From Gemmatimonadales bacterium (GTDB lineage Bacteria > Gemmatimonadota > Gemmatimonadetes > Gemmatimonadales > GWC2-71-9), in the NCBI GenBank assembly GCA_039794085.1, contig JBDIWC010000002.1, positions 9,829 to 73,828 of the forward strand: 64,000 nucleotides of DNA, given 5' to 3'. Within the stretch, counting starts at the first letter, position 1; every line of letters begins with the position of its first letter. Positions 48,030 through 58,882 of the stretch are shown here, in pieces. Made by a program: the position numbers and the translations under genes. Below the pieces are notes generated by a model. The model searched no databases and was not told the origin of the DNA. It saw nothing but the letters and a program-made list of their open reading frames with translations.

Positions 48030-49322
48030 CTACAGGGGATGCGGGGGTGGGTCGACGACTTCGGCCAGACCGAGGTCCGCGAGAACATCCCCCACGGTGT
48101 GGAAGGAACCGGTGACCAGGACCGTGGCGGCGCCCTCGCGCACCACCCGGAGCGCCTCCTGGAAGTCGGGCACCAGGCTCCAGTGGGCCCGCGGGGTCGG
48201 TCGGTCGGTGCGCTCAAGCCACTCCTGGAGCCAGGTCGTGTTCCACCCGCGGTCCAGGGCGGTCGGAGCCACGGTGAGAACGCCCCGATCGATCACCGCG
48301 TCGAGGGCCACCAGCATCTCGGGCCAGGGCTTGTCCCCGAGGATGGAGACCAATGCGTGCACCGGACCCGGCAGCGGTTCAGCCCGAAGCGCATCGGTGA
48401 GGGAGGCCATTCCGTCGGGATTGTGAGCCACATCGAAGAGCCAGCGGCCCCGGCGGTCGAGCCGGCCGGGCACCGTCACCGTCGAGAAGGCCCTTTCCAC
48501 CGCCGCTTCCGGAGGGCGGTACGGTTCCGGCAGCGCCCGGAGGGCGGCGTGAGCCACGGCCGCATTTCGTCGTTGATGCGAGCCTCGGAGCCGCAGGTCT
48601 CCTTCCCATCTCCCGTCCGGCGCGAGGGGCCGCCACAGAAGTTCGCCCCGGCCGGAAGCGGCCACCGCCTCCCGTGCCGCCGTCTCAAGGACACCCCGCA
48701 CGACCGGGTCCCGCTCGCCCACCACGAACGGCCTCCCCGGCTTGGCGATCCATGCCTTTTCACGGGCAATCGCCTCCACTGTGTCTCCGAGGTACTTCTG
48801 GTGATCCTTCGCGATCCCCGTGACCACCGAGACGAGGGGGTCGACCACGTTCGTGCTATCGAGGCGTCCGCCGAGCCCCACTTCCACCACCGCGATCTCG
48901 GCGCCGCGGGCGGCCATGTCGGCAAAGGCCATGGCCGTCGTGGTTTCGAAGAAGGTGGCTCCCAGGTGGGTGGCCCGCGGTTGCAGGCGACGGGCCCACA
49001 TCGTCACGGCGCCCTCGCTGATGGGCTCCCCATCGACCCGGATGCGCTCCCGGAAGGAGGTCAGGTGGGGAGAGGTGTACAGTCCGACCCGCCATCCCGC
49101 CTCGGAGAGGGCACCCGCCATGAGGTGGGAGACGCTCCCCTTCCCGTTCGTGCCCCCCACGTGGACCATGGGAACCACTCGCTCCGGATGTCCCAGGCTG
49201 TCCAGGAGGTCCCGGGTGGTGTCGAGCCCGAACTTGATCGTCGTGATCCGGGGAAAGAGCCAGGCCAGGGCGTCGGGATAGGATCCGATGAGCGACGCAG
49301 GCTCCGCGAAGGAGGTGGACAT
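48030..49322 (-). CDS. folC: bifunctional folylpolyglutamate synthase / dihydrofolate synthase
   Basis: P-loop HVGGTNGKGS, Mur-ligase family domains. Confidence 0.85.
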   Translation of the reverse strand: MSTSFAEPASLIGSYPDALAWLFPRITTIKFGLDTTRDLLDSLGHPERVVPMVHVGGTNGKGSVSHLMAGALSEAGWRVGLYTSPHLTSFRERIRVDGEPISEGAVTMWARRLQPRATHLGATFFETTTAMAFADMAARGAEIAVVEVGLGGRLDSTNVVDPLVSVVTGIAKDHQKYLGDTVEAIAREKAWIAKPGRPFVVGERDPVVRGVLETAAREAVAASGRGELLWRPLAPDGRWEGDLRLRGSHQRRNAAVAHAALRALPEPYRPPEAAVERAFSTVTVPGRLDRRGRWLFDVAHNPDGMASLTDALRAEPLPGPVHALVSILGDKPWPEMLVALDAVIDRGVLTVAPTALDRGWNTTWLQEWLERTDRPTPRAHWSLVPDFQEALRVVREGAATVLVTGSFHTVGDVLADLGLAEVVDPPPHPL

Positions 49323-49396
49323 GGCTTCACAACCACGAAGCCGGTGGTCGGAGCAGTCCGATCACCGGCTTCGGTCCGGGGCGGGATGGTCGCGTC

Positions 49397-50275
49397 TCAG
49401 GCCGCGTCACCCGCATCCGAAGGTTGGGGACGGTATCTCTGCATGTGGCGCAGGAGACGGGCGGTGGTTTCCCGGAGAGAGCCCCGGGGAACCACTCCGT
49501 CGATCTGGCCATGGTCCAGGAGGAATTCCGCCGTCTGAAACCCCTCGGGAAGATCCTGACCAATGGTCTGCTTGATCACTCGCTGCCCGGCGAACCCGAT
49601 CACCGCGCCCGGCTCGGCCAGGATCACGTCCCCCTGCATGGCAAAGGAGGCGGACACCCCGCCGGTGGTCGGGTCGGTGAGAATGCTGAGATAGGGAATC
49701 GAGAGGGAGCGGAGGCGGGCGATAGCGGCGGAGGTCTTGGCCATTTGCATCAGGGAAAAGACGCCCTCCTGCATGCGGGCGCCGCCCGAGGTGCTGACCA
49801 GGATCAGGGGGACACGTTTCTCGGCGGATCGTCTGGCCAACCGGGTGATCTTCTCTCCCACGACCGATCCCATCGACCCTCCCATGAAGGCGAAGTTCAT
49901 CACCCCGAGGTGGGCCTGCATCCCCTCGATCTTGCAGGCTCCCGTCATGATGGCATCGGCACACCCGGCCTTCCGCTGGTTGGCCACCAGGCGATCGGGG
50001 TACTGCTCGAACTGGAGCGGATCCAGGGACGTCACCGCAGGCCAGAGCTCCCGCCACGTCCCGGCATCCACCAACATGCCGACGTACCCTTCCGCGTGGA
50101 ACCGGCGATGGTGCCCGCACTCCGGGCAGACGTTAAATGCCTTCTCGAACTTCTCCCGCAGATCGGTGTGCCCGCAGCCGGGACACTTGTCCCACGCATC
50201 GCGGGGGATCTCGAGCCGCTCTCGTTGAGAGGCGCGCGGCTTCCGCTCTTTCTTAAACCAGGCCATAACAGCCAT
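49397..50275 (-). CDS. accD: acetyl-CoA carboxylase carboxyltransferase beta subunit
   Basis: N-terminal zinc ribbon CPGCGH...CPECGHH; carboxyltransferase domain GGARMQEG. Confidence 0.85.
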   Translation of the reverse strand: MAVMAWFKKERKPRASQRERLEIPRDAWDKCPGCGHTDLREKFEKAFNVCPECGHHRRFHAEGYVGMLVDAGTWRELWPAVTSLDPLQFEQYPDRLVANQRKAGCADAIMTGACKIEGMQAHLGVMNFAFMGGSMGSVVGEKITRLARRSAEKRVPLILVSTSGGARMQEGVFSLMQMAKTSAAIARLRSLSIPYLSILTDPTTGGVSASFAMQGDVILAEPGAVIGFAGQRVIKQTIGQDLPEGFQTAEFLLDHGQIDGVVPRGSLRETTARLLRHMQRYRPQPSDAGDAA

Positions 50276-50385
50276 AGGTATCTGTCCGAAGGAGAAGGTG
50301 GTCTCGGGAAACCGGACGCGTCGGCATCACCTGCAATCTGGGGCAGAAACGCAACACGCGCTAGGCCCCAACACCCAAGATGTTG

Positions 50386-51627
50386 TCATACAACGAGATA
50401 GCTCGACCGCCTCGATTCCTGCGCGGCCCGGAGAACCAACCCCATGCCCATGGCCGTCGTGAGCACAAAGGAGCCTCCGTAGCTGAAAAACGGCAGGGGA
50501 ATCCCCGTGATCGGCATGAGATTGACGGTCATTCCCACGTTTTCAATGATGTGGGTTGCCAGAAGCCCGAGCACGCCGAACGCCACGAGACTACCGAAGG
50601 GATCCACGGCTTCGCGCGCGATGCGGACCAGCGCGAACAGCAGTGCCAGAAACAGCACGAGGGCGAGGAGCACCCCCAGGAACCCGAGTTCCTCCCCGAC
50701 GATGGGGAAGATGAAATCGGTGTGCTGCTCCGGGATGAACGCGAGCCGTTTCTGGGGGCCCTCAAGGAACCCGTTTCCCGTCCATCCTCCCGATCCAACC
50801 GCCACGCGCGACTGGATGGCCTGATAGCCCGAGCGCACCGGGTCGGATTCGGGATTGAGGAAGGTCACCAGGCGCTGTTGCTGATAGGGTTTGAGGCGAT
50901 TCCAGAGCATGATGGCGAGAACACCCATGGCGCTGTTCACGACATAGACAAAGACTCCCTCCCCGACCCACCGGCGCCAGGCAATCAGCAGCAGGAACAG
51001 GAGGATCATCCATCCGGCCCAGAGCCGGGTGTCCACGGCAAGGAGAAGACTGATGACGGGAGAGGCGAGCATCAGCAGGAGGGAGGGGCGCACCCCGGCC
51101 CAGAACAACATGGAGAAAAAGATGCCCACGAAGACGATCGCACTTCCCAGATCGGGCTGCGCCATCACGAGGAGAAAGGGCGCCCCGGCGATGAGGGCGG
51201 GGCGGATGAGGGCACGGAGAGTTTGTGGTGCTTCCCGGAGGTCGGTGAGGTAACGAGCCAGAAAGAGGATGGTGGCGATCTTGGCCAACTCGGAGGGCTG
51301 GCCCAACCGGATGCCGCCCACGGTGAGCCAGCTGCGGGAACTCGCCGCCCCCCCCGCCCCCGTTCCCATGACGAGGGTGAGTCCGAGGATCAGAAGCGAG
51401 AGGACCCAGATGCCGGGAGCGGCCCACTCCAGGATCCGGAAGGACACCCGGGACATGACCAGAGCGACGACCACGCCCAGCCCCATCCAGGCCAGCTGGC
51501 GAGTCCAGGCCCCGGTGGCGTTGGTCGGTACGTCGGTCTGGCCGGCCGAGTACAGGATGGTGATTCCGAACAAGGCGAGGAGGACCACCAGGACCACCAA
51601 TCCGCGATCGGCGCGGGGGGCGCTCAT
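50386..51627 (-). CDS. rodA: rod-shape-determining SEDS protein RodA
   Basis: 10-TM FtsW/RodA/SpoVE family; start ATG 51627 overlapping mrdA stop; ORF N-extension rejected. Confidence 0.85.
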   Translation of the reverse strand: MSAPRADRGLVVLVVLLALFGITILYSAGQTDVPTNATGAWTRQLAWMGLGVVVALVMSRVSFRILEWAAPGIWVLSLLILGLTLVMGTGAGGAASSRSWLTVGGIRLGQPSELAKIATILFLARYLTDLREAPQTLRALIRPALIAGAPFLLVMAQPDLGSAIVFVGIFFSMLFWAGVRPSLLLMLASPVISLLLAVDTRLWAGWMILLFLLLIAWRRWVGEGVFVYVVNSAMGVLAIMLWNRLKPYQQQRLVTFLNPESDPVRSGYQAIQSRVAVGSGGWTGNGFLEGPQKRLAFIPEQHTDFIFPIVGEELGFLGVLLALVLFLALLFALVRIAREAVDPFGSLVAFGVLGLLATHIIENVGMTVNLMPITGIPLPFFSYGGSFVLTTAMGMGLVLRAAQESRRSSYLVV

Positions 51628-53477
51628 GGCGCACCGCCGCCACGACCCACCAGGTCCGGCGTGAGGAACACCGGCCGGGGGGCCGAGTCTTCCGGAAAAA
51701 GGAGCTTGATGTCGACAGGCTGGTCTCCCTCGGAGGGTTCGAGATACCGGCGGATCACCCGGGCCACGTACGGGCCCACGGATGATCCGTGCAGTCCCTT
51801 CTCCATGATCGCCCCCACGATGATCTCCGGCTTGTCGGCGGGGGCAAACCCGATGAACCACCCATGATCAGCCCCGTGGGGATTCTGGGCCGTTCCGGTC
51901 TTGCCGGCCATTTGAAAATCGGCGCTCCGGCTGGCGGCCGCGGTGCCCCGCTCCACCACCGCGATCAGGGCCCGCCGGAGCCCCGCCACCGCGTCGGGTG
52001 CGAGGGCGAGATCCCGGGTTTCGGCGGTGGTCCGGGCCACGAGATACGGGGCCGGGGACACCCCGTCGGTGGCGAGGGCCTGGTAGAGCCTCATCACGTT
52101 CATCAGGCTCTGATCATTCTCTCCCTGGCCGATCGAGAGGTTCAGCACCACCGCATTGGTCCAACCGCGCGGTCCGTAGAGCCGGTCGTAATACGCCGTT
52201 CCCGAGGGGAAGGAAGATCGGGTGTCCCCGCCGAGGTCAATTTCGCTCCGCTCCCCGAATCCCATCTCGATCCCGTCCTCCAGAATCGCATTGAGACCCA
52301 GCCGAAGTCCAAGCTGGTAGAAATAGACGTCGCAGCTGGCCGCAATAGCCCCTTCCAGATCGAGGGACCCATGCCCTTCCCTCTTCCAGCAGCGGAAGGT
52401 TCGATTGCCGAATCGGAGTCCCCCCCGGCACGGCTGGTCCATGTGGGTGTCCAGCCGGGCCAGGCCCCGCCGCATGGCCATCGCGGCGATGGCGAGCTTG
52501 AAGGGGGAGGCGGGCGGATAGGTTCCCTGGGTGGCGCGATTGAAGAGCGGCTTGCCCGCCTCCTCGCTGGTGAGAGCCCGGTACTGGTCGCTAGAGATCC
52601 CGCCCACGAACTCGTTCGGATCGTACGTGGGGGCACTGTACATCGCGAGGATCCCCCCATCCGGGGCCATCGCCACCATCGCCCCACTGAACTGGGGGAA
52701 GGCCGCCTGCCACAGACTGTCAATGTACTCCTGAAGGGGAAGATCGATCGTGGTCTGAATCGCGTCCCCGGGAACCGGCATTCGGGACAGCGCCGAGGTC
52801 TCCTCCCGGACCATGCGTCCCCGGGCATTCACTTCGATGAATCGCACCCCATCCCGTCCGCGAAGGATCGAATCGTACCGCGCCTCCAGACCATCCTTCC
52901 CGACCACGGTGCCCAGGCGCGCACCGGGAAATCCCGTCGAGGCGAGTTCTCGTTCCGAGATCTCCCCGACATACCCGACCACGTGAGCCACCGCGCTCCC
53001 GGCCGGGTAACGGCGCCGCGGTTCGGTTTGGACCACCAGACCGGGAAGGGAGATCCGATGCTCCTCCAGGCGGGCGATCAGATCAAAGGACGTACTTCCG
53101 AGCACCAACGCCGGCTGGTAGGGGGCGCTCCGGTACCGGGACAGCACCTGGGCCACCGTGGCGCTGTCGAGCGGAACCAGTTTCTGGAACCGATCAAGAA
53201 CAGCCCGGAGGGAGTCCACCGAGGGAGCGAAGAGCTTGACCGTGTACCCGGGGACGTTCTCCGCGATCACCAGGCCGTTGCGGTCGAGGATCGGACCCCG
53301 GGGGGCGGACAGCACCACCTCCCGGAGCCGGTTGCTCTGAGCCCGCAGCCGGTACCGGTCGTTCTGGAGAACCTGGAGCCGGAAGAACGCCCCCCCCACC
53401 ACAAGAAACACAACCGCCAGGATGACGCGTGCCAGGACCGCGCGATCCCGCAGTCGATATGGATCGAGGTAGCTCAT
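51624..53477 (-). CDS. mrdA: penicillin-binding protein 2 (elongasome transpeptidase)
   Basis: 617 aa, N-terminal TM, PBP dimerisation and transpeptidase domains (SxxK, SxN, KTG motifs). Confidence 0.9.
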   Translation of the reverse strand: MSYLDPYRLRDRAVLARVILAVVFLVVGGAFFRLQVLQNDRYRLRAQSNRLREVVLSAPRGPILDRNGLVIAENVPGYTVKLFAPSVDSLRAVLDRFQKLVPLDSATVAQVLSRYRSAPYQPALVLGSTSFDLIARLEEHRISLPGLVVQTEPRRRYPAGSAVAHVVGYVGEISERELASTGFPGARLGTVVGKDGLEARYDSILRGRDGVRFIEVNARGRMVREETSALSRMPVPGDAIQTTIDLPLQEYIDSLWQAAFPQFSGAMVAMAPDGGILAMYSAPTYDPNEFVGGISSDQYRALTSEEAGKPLFNRATQGTYPPASPFKLAIAAMAMRRGLARLDTHMDQPCRGGLRFGNRTFRCWKREGHGSLDLEGAIAASCDVYFYQLGLRLGLNAILEDGIEMGFGERSEIDLGGDTRSSFPSGTAYYDRLYGPRGWTNAVVLNLSIGQGENDQSLMNVMRLYQALATDGVSPAPYLVARTTAETRDLALAPDAVAGLRRALIAVVERGTAAASRSADFQMAGKTGTAQNPHGADHGWFIGFAPADKPEIIVGAIMEKGLHGSSVGPYVARVIRRYLEPSEGDQPVDIKLLFPEDSAPRPVFLTPDLVGRGGGAP

Positions 53478-53968
53478 CGATCACCCCTGGGGGCAAGCAG
53501 GTCACGGAACAGGATGAAGACAAGAGTGCCGGTCACCGCCGTGGACAGCGCCTGCAGCGGCGACCAGAGCGTGGCCGCCGTCACCAGGTCCGCCGAGGTG
53601 GTTCCGTTGGCCATGAGGGTGAGGATGTTCCGCACCCAGAGGCCGCCGGCCACGAACCCCGCATTCACCAGGACATTGTCCGCAAAAAACACCGATCGGC
53701 CCCACGAGGCCAGCCAGGCCACCAACGTGTGGGCCAGGGCTCCGGCACCAAACCGGGCCGGTCCCAGCACATCAACCGTCACCCCGACGACCCATCCCGC
53801 CACGGCTGCGGCCCCGGGACGGGTGCGCATGGCATACAACAGCAGAGCCACCAGCAGGAAATCGGGGGCCGCACGCCCCGCAAAGAGCCGGGGACGCACA
53901 TAGAAATGCAGGGCCACCAGCAGGGCCATGATACCCCAGACCGCCAGGCGTCCCTCGCGTTCCCGCAT
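53474..53968 (-). CDS. mreD: rod-shape-determining protein MreD
   Basis: small polytopic membrane protein directly after mreC; ATGA overlaps at both ends. Confidence 0.6.
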   Translation of the reverse strand: MREREGRLAVWGIMALLVALHFYVRPRLFAGRAAPDFLLVALLLYAMRTRPGAAAVAGWVVGVTVDVLGPARFGAGALAHTLVAWLASWGRSVFFADNVLVNAGFVAGGLWVRNILTLMANGTTSADLVTAATLWSPLQALSTAVTGTLVFILFRDLLAPRGDR

Positions 53969-54810
53969 CACGATCCCCCACTGTCGCCGGGAAGGAGCGG
54001 GGAGGGCGCGCGGGCCGGCCGGGCCACCAGCACATGGGACACGATCCCGGGGTTGACCAGGGGGCGAAGGGCGTAGACCCTCTCCCATCCCGGTTGTTCC
54101 TGGCGGATTCCGATCACCTGTCCGATCGGAATTCCCCGGGGATAGACATCTCCCAGTCCAGCACTGACCACCACCGTTCCCACGTCCAGGGTATCCCGAT
54201 ACGCGACCCCGCGAAACTCCAGAATCGCATCGGTGGCCAGGGTGCTCGCCCCGGGAGCGACCACTCCCAGCACGGCGCCATCCGCGGTCACTCCCGACAC
54301 CCGGAACTCGGGGTGGGCCCAGGTATTGGCGATGCTGGACCGGGGGCCCACTTCCGCCACAACGCCGAGAAGCCCCTCGGGCACGAGGACGATGTCATAT
54401 TGCCTTACGCCGTCCTCCCTCCCGACACTGAGGAGAAGGGTCCGTCCATCGGTGGGAACCGGCTGATGAAGCACCTCCGCTCCGACGAACCACATGCCGA
54501 GCCGCGGCCCGACGTCCAGCAGACGGCGCAGACGGTCATTCTCCTGCTGGAGGGCGGAACGGTCGAGGACACCCAGCGCGAGGGTGTCCCGGGCCGCCTC
54601 GAGGGCCTGGAACCGGCTCCGGCTGGTTCGTCCTTCCAGGGCGCGCTCCTGCAGCCAGACCACCGGACGGAGGGCGGTGGCCCGCAGGGTATTGGCCAGC
54701 GATTGGGTGAGGGGTGTCGGGGTGGCGAGAGCGGCCCCGGAGAGCACAACACAACTCGTGAGGAGGAGAGTATCCCGGCGGGTGGGGGACCGATCGGGAA
54801 GATGCCGCAT
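53968..54810 (-). CDS. mreC: rod-shape-determining protein MreC
   Basis: N-terminal TM, coiled coil, two beta domains; position between mreB and mreD. Confidence 0.8.
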   Translation of the reverse strand: MRHLPDRSPTRRDTLLLTSCVVLSGAALATPTPLTQSLANTLRATALRPVVWLQERALEGRTSRSRFQALEAARDTLALGVLDRSALQQENDRLRRLLDVGPRLGMWFVGAEVLHQPVPTDGRTLLLSVGREDGVRQYDIVLVPEGLLGVVAEVGPRSSIANTWAHPEFRVSGVTADGAVLGVVAPGASTLATDAILEFRGVAYRDTLDVGTVVVSAGLGDVYPRGIPIGQVIGIRQEQPGWERVYALRPLVNPGIVSHVLVARPARAPSPLLPGDSGGS

Positions 54811-54814
54811 GGCG

Positions 54815-55852
54815 TCAGCTGTAGAGCACGTTGCGGTACTTCTCGAAGTCGTCGAGGATCCGTCCGGTGCCGCGCACCACGCAGGTCAGGGGATCCTCAT
54901 CCACATGGATGGGGAGCCCCGTTTCCTGGGACAGCAGCAGATCGAGCCCCCGGATCAGAGCCCCTCCCCCTGTCATGATGATTCCGCGGTCCACGATGTC
55001 ACTCGACAGTTCCGGGGGAGTGATCTCAAGCGCTCGCCGCACGGCGTCCACGATCTGCTGTACCGGCTCCTGGACCGCCTCGCGGATTTCGCTGGAGTGC
55101 ACCCGGACGGTTTTGGGAATGCCGCTCACCAGATCCCGGCCCTTGACCTCCATCTCCCGCTCGTCTCCCGAAGGAAAGGCCGATCCGATCTTGATCTTGA
55201 TCGCTTCCGCCGTGGGTTCCCCGACGAGGAGGTTGTAGTTCTTCCGCATGAACTGCACGATCGCCTGATCCAGCTCGTCACCTCCGATGCGGATCGAGGT
55301 GTCGGACACAATCCCGGACAGGGCAATGACCGCAATCTCCGTGGTTCCGCCCCCGATGTCGATGACCATGTTGCCCGTGGGCGTCTCGACCGGGAGACCG
55401 ACACCGATGGCGGCGGCCATCGGTTCGGCCACCATCAGCACCTGCTTGGCTCCCGCGGTTTCCGCGGAATCCCTCACGGCCCGGCGCTCGACCTCGGTGA
55501 TCCCGGACGGTACGCAGACGATGACTTTCGGTTTGACCCGGAAGAAATGCTTGTCGATGATCGTCTTGAGAAAATACCGGAGCATCTTCTCGGTCACATC
55601 GAAATCGGCGATCACTCCGTCCTTGAGGGGACGCACCGCGATGATCCCGTCGGGCGTCCGGCCGAGCATGCGCTTGGCCTCCAGACCAATCCCCTTGATC
55701 CGTCCGGTGGACCGCTCCAGCGCCACGACGGAGGGCTCGTTGAGCACGATACCCTCCCCCTTGACGTAGATCAGGGTGTTGGCTGTGCCGAGGTCCACCG
55801 CGATTTCATTCGCCGGCAGCCAGGCACCCATGTTGAACAGCGGAAATTTCAT
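54815..55852 (-). CDS. mreB: rod-shape-determining actin homologue MreB
   Basis: actin fold motifs IAVDLGTANTLIYV, MVIDIGGGTTEIAV. Confidence 0.9.
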   Translation of the reverse strand: MKFPLFNMGAWLPANEIAVDLGTANTLIYVKGEGIVLNEPSVVALERSTGRIKGIGLEAKRMLGRTPDGIIAVRPLKDGVIADFDVTEKMLRYFLKTIIDKHFFRVKPKVIVCVPSGITEVERRAVRDSAETAGAKQVLMVAEPMAAAIGVGLPVETPTGNMVIDIGGGTTEIAVIALSGIVSDTSIRIGGDELDQAIVQFMRKNYNLLVGEPTAEAIKIKIGSAFPSGDEREMEVKGRDLVSGIPKTVRVHSSEIREAVQEPVQQIVDAVRRALEITPPELSSDIVDRGIIMTGGGALIRGLDLLLSQETGLPIHVDEDPLTCVVRGTGRILDDFEKYRNVLYS

Positions 55853-56037
55853 CAACGGACCGGGGGACTCAAGATGGACTGCGCGCAGGGCTGAACACGA
55901 GCCCGCAAATCGTACTGGCACCTGACCCGAATGCCCCCGTCCACTGGCATGACGGTTGTGCGATTTCCCATGGAGTCCCTAAGGTAGTGGCCGCCATGAA
56001 CTTCAACAAGGGCGTCGCGCCAACGCGACACCGAGCT

Positions 56038-56502
56038 TCATACACCTGTGCTCCCGAACCCTCCGGCCCCCCGGACGGTTCCCGGGAGTTCCTGAACCTC
56101 TCGAAAGGCGGCCACCTCCACCCGGGCCACGATCGCCTGGGCGATCCGCATGCCACGTTGGACCTCGAACGGTTCCTGGCCCAGATTGACCAGGGCCACC
56201 CGAAGCTCCCCACGATAGTCGCTGTCGATCGTGGCCGGGGCATTGGGGAGCCCCAGCCCATGCTTCAGGGCCAGCCCGGACCGCGGCCGGATCTGGATCT
56301 CGAACCCCGGGGGTACGGCCACAGCGAAGCCGGTTCCCACCAGACGCCGCTCCATCGGGTGGAGGACAACGACCTCCGCGCTGGCCAGATCGTACCCCGC
56401 GGCTCCCTCGGTGGCGCGCGTCGGCAGGGGAAGTCCCTCGCCGTGGGGGAGCCGGGTGATGAGGATTTCTGGCATGGCCGGGTCAGCAGACCGAAGTGGC
56501 AT
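56038..56502 (-). CDS. dut: dUTP diphosphatase
   Basis: [25 protein letters not shown] dUTPase motifs; start may be internal ATG about 56475. Confidence 0.85.
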   Translation of the reverse strand: MPLRSADPAMPEILITRLPHGEGLPLPTRATEGAAGYDLASAEVVVLHPMERRLVGTGFAVAVPPGFEIQIRPRSGLALKHGLGLPNAPATIDSDYRGELRVALVNLGQEPFEVQRGMRIAQAIVARVEVAAFREVQELPGTVRGAGGFGSTGV

Positions 56503-57595
56503 CCACCAGCGGGAGTCCGAAAGCTTCCGCCACTCCGGGGTAGACCACCTTCCCCTCCACGACGTTCAGGCCGAGCCGGAGGGCCGGATCCTCCCGGCAG
56601 GCAGTCTTCCATCCCAGGCGGGCCAACCGGAGCCCGTAGTTCAGGGTGGCATTGGTGAGGGCCAGCGTGGAGGTGCGGGGAACGGCCCCGGGCATGTTGG
56701 CGACGCCATAGTGCAGGACTCCGTCGACGAAATAGACCGGATCCTCATGGGTCGTGGGACGGATGGTCTCCACGCACCCGCCCTGGTCCACCGCCACATC
56801 CACGATCACGGCGCCCGCCTTCATGACGCTCAGGTCCGCCCGGGTGACGAGATTGGGCGCCTTGGCACCCGGCAGGAGGACGGCCCCCACCACCAGGTCA
56901 GCCCGGGTGAGGGCATCCAGAATGTTGTAGCGGTTGGAGTACACGGTCCGGACGTTGGCGGGGAGGACGTCAGAGAGGTAGCGGAGCCGGTCGAGGGAGA
57001 CGTCGAGAATCGTGACCGTGGCGCCGAGCCCGGCGGCCATCTTGGCGGCGTTGATGCCGACGACTCCTCCCCCGATGATGAGCACCTCCGCCGGCGCCAC
57101 GCCGGGCACACCCCCGAGGAGCACACCCCGGCCTCCGTAGACCTTCTCCAGGTACTTGGCGCCTTCCTGGACCGCCATCCGACCGGCCACCTCCGACATC
57201 GGGGTCAAGAGGGGTAGCTCTCCGTGCGGAAGCTGCACGGTTTCATAGGCCACGGCAATCGCGCCGGAGTCGATGACCGCCCGCGTGAGCTCCTCGGCGG
57301 CGGCGAAGTGGAAGTAGGTGTAAATGATCTGCCCGGCCCGCATGTGGGGCCACTCCGTGGCGATCGGCTCCTTCACCTTCATGATCATCTCGGCCTTGTT
57401 CCACACCTCCGCCGCCGCGGGCTCCAGACGCGCTCCCGCCTGTTGATAGTCCGAGTCCGCGAACCCGCTCCCCTCCCCCGCCCCCGCCTCGACATACACC
57501 GTATTCCCCGCCCCCACCAGAATTTCCACGCCGGCGGGCACGAGGGCCACCCGGTTTTCATTGGTCTTGATTTCCCGCGGCACGCCGATGATCAT
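56483..57595 (-). CDS. ald: alanine dehydrogenase
   Basis: [23 protein letters not shown]-binding [15 protein letters not shown]. Confidence 0.85.
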   Translation of the reverse strand: MIIGVPREIKTNENRVALVPAGVEILVGAGNTVYVEAGAGEGSGFADSDYQQAGARLEPAAAEVWNKAEMIMKVKEPIATEWPHMRAGQIIYTYFHFAAAEELTRAVIDSGAIAVAYETVQLPHGELPLLTPMSEVAGRMAVQEGAKYLEKVYGGRGVLLGGVPGVAPAEVLIIGGGVVGINAAKMAAGLGATVTILDVSLDRLRYLSDVLPANVRTVYSNRYNILDALTRADLVVGAVLLPGAKAPNLVTRADLSVMKAGAVIVDVAVDQGGCVETIRPTTHEDPVYFVDGVLHYGVANMPGAVPRTSTLALTNATLNYGLRLARLGWKTACREDPALRLGLNVVEGKVVYPGVAEAFGLPLVDATSVC

Positions 57596-57626
57596 GTGGA
57601 TCTCGTCTGGCAAAGGTCGATGGGGG

Positions 57627-58880
57627 TCAGGGGCCCAGGCGCACGACGGTTTGCCGTGCCGGGGCGAGGAACTCCGCCGCCACCCCGGCCACGTCGGCCT
57701 CGGTGACGGCGTCAATATCGGCGAGCACCCGGGAGAGTGGTCGCCAGATGTCCTGGTGCAGTTCGGTGGAGGCCATCCGATGCATCCGGCTCGCGGGGCT
57801 CTCGAGCGACAGCATGAGTTGGCCCTTCAATTGACGCTTGCCATCGGCCAGTTCCCCGGCCGGAATGCCCTCCGAGGCCACGCGCGCCAGTTCCGCCAGG
57901 ATCGCGTCGCGTGCCGCGTCCGCCGTCTCGGGCCGGGTGCCGACGTACACACCGAACACGCCGGTCGCCTGGTAGAGGTGCTGCCAGGCGTAGACGGCAT
58001 AGGCCAGTCCCAGTTCCTCGCGCACCCGCTGGAAGAGGCGGCTCGACATGCCTCCCCCCAGGAGATTGACGGCCACGGCCAGGGCGTAGCGCCGGGGATC
58101 CCGGGCCGTGATCGTGTCGGACCCGATCACCATGTGCACCTGGGTCGTGTCGCGGGACTCCTCGTGCACGGCACCCCGCACGGCAGGAGCCCCGACGATC
58201 GGTGCGCGGGGAGGCTGCCGGGCCGGATCAGGGGCGAACCATCCCTCGCGATCCAATGCCGCAAGCAGCACTTCGGGCTCGAGGTGTCCGGCCGCCGCAA
58301 TCACACAGTTGCCGAGGTGGTATCCGGTCTGATGGTGGGACGCGAGATCTTCGGCGGTGAGGCCCCGAACGGTCTCGGGTGTTCCCAGAATCGAGAAACC
58401 ATACGGGTGGGTGGGCCACAGGGCCCGGGCATGGAGGTCGAACACCAGATCGTCCGGGGTGTCGAGCACCCCGTGGATCTCCTCCAGGACGACGTTCCTT
58501 TCCAGCGCCAAGTCGCTCTCGCGGAGGAGGGGATGCATGACGAGATCGGAGAGGATATCCACCGCCAGGGGGAGATCCTCGTCGAGCACATGCGCTTGAA
58601 AGGAGGTGTGATCCCTCGAGGTCCAGGCGTCGAGACTCCCGCCCCGCACCTCCAGGGCCAGGGCCAGATCCCGGGCCGACCGGCGACGGGTGCCCTTGAA
58701 CACCATGTGCTCCAGCAGATGGGACACCCCCATGGCCCCGGGGGACTCATGGGCACTCGCGGTCCGCACCCAGACACCCACCACGGCGGATCGCACTGCG
58801 GGGAGCACCTCGACCAGCACCCGCACCCCGTTGGGTGCCGTGTACCGGACGAGGCCCTCATCCAACGTCTCAACCTGCAT
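57627..58880 (-). CDS. M16-family zinc peptidase (insulinase/pitrilysin-like)
   Basis: inverted zinc motif [11 protein letters not shown] (HxxEH). Confidence 0.85.
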   Translation of the reverse strand: MQVETLDEGLVRYTAPNGVRVLVEVLPAVRSAVVGVWVRTASAHESPGAMGVSHLLEHMVFKGTRRRSARDLALALEVRGGSLDAWTSRDHTSFQAHVLDEDLPLAVDILSDLVMHPLLRESDLALERNVVLEEIHGVLDTPDDLVFDLHARALWPTHPYGFSILGTPETVRGLTAEDLASHHQTGYHLGNCVIAAAGHLEPEVLLAALDREGWFAPDPARQPPRAPIVGAPAVRGAVHEESRDTTQVHMVIGSDTITARDPRRYALAVAVNLLGGGMSSRLFQRVREELGLAYAVYAWQHLYQATGVFGVYVGTRPETADAARDAILAELARVASEGIPAGELADGKRQLKGQLMLSLESPASRMHRMASTELHQDIWRPLSRVLADIDAVTEADVAGVAAEFLAPARQTVVRLGP

Positions 58881-58882
58881 GG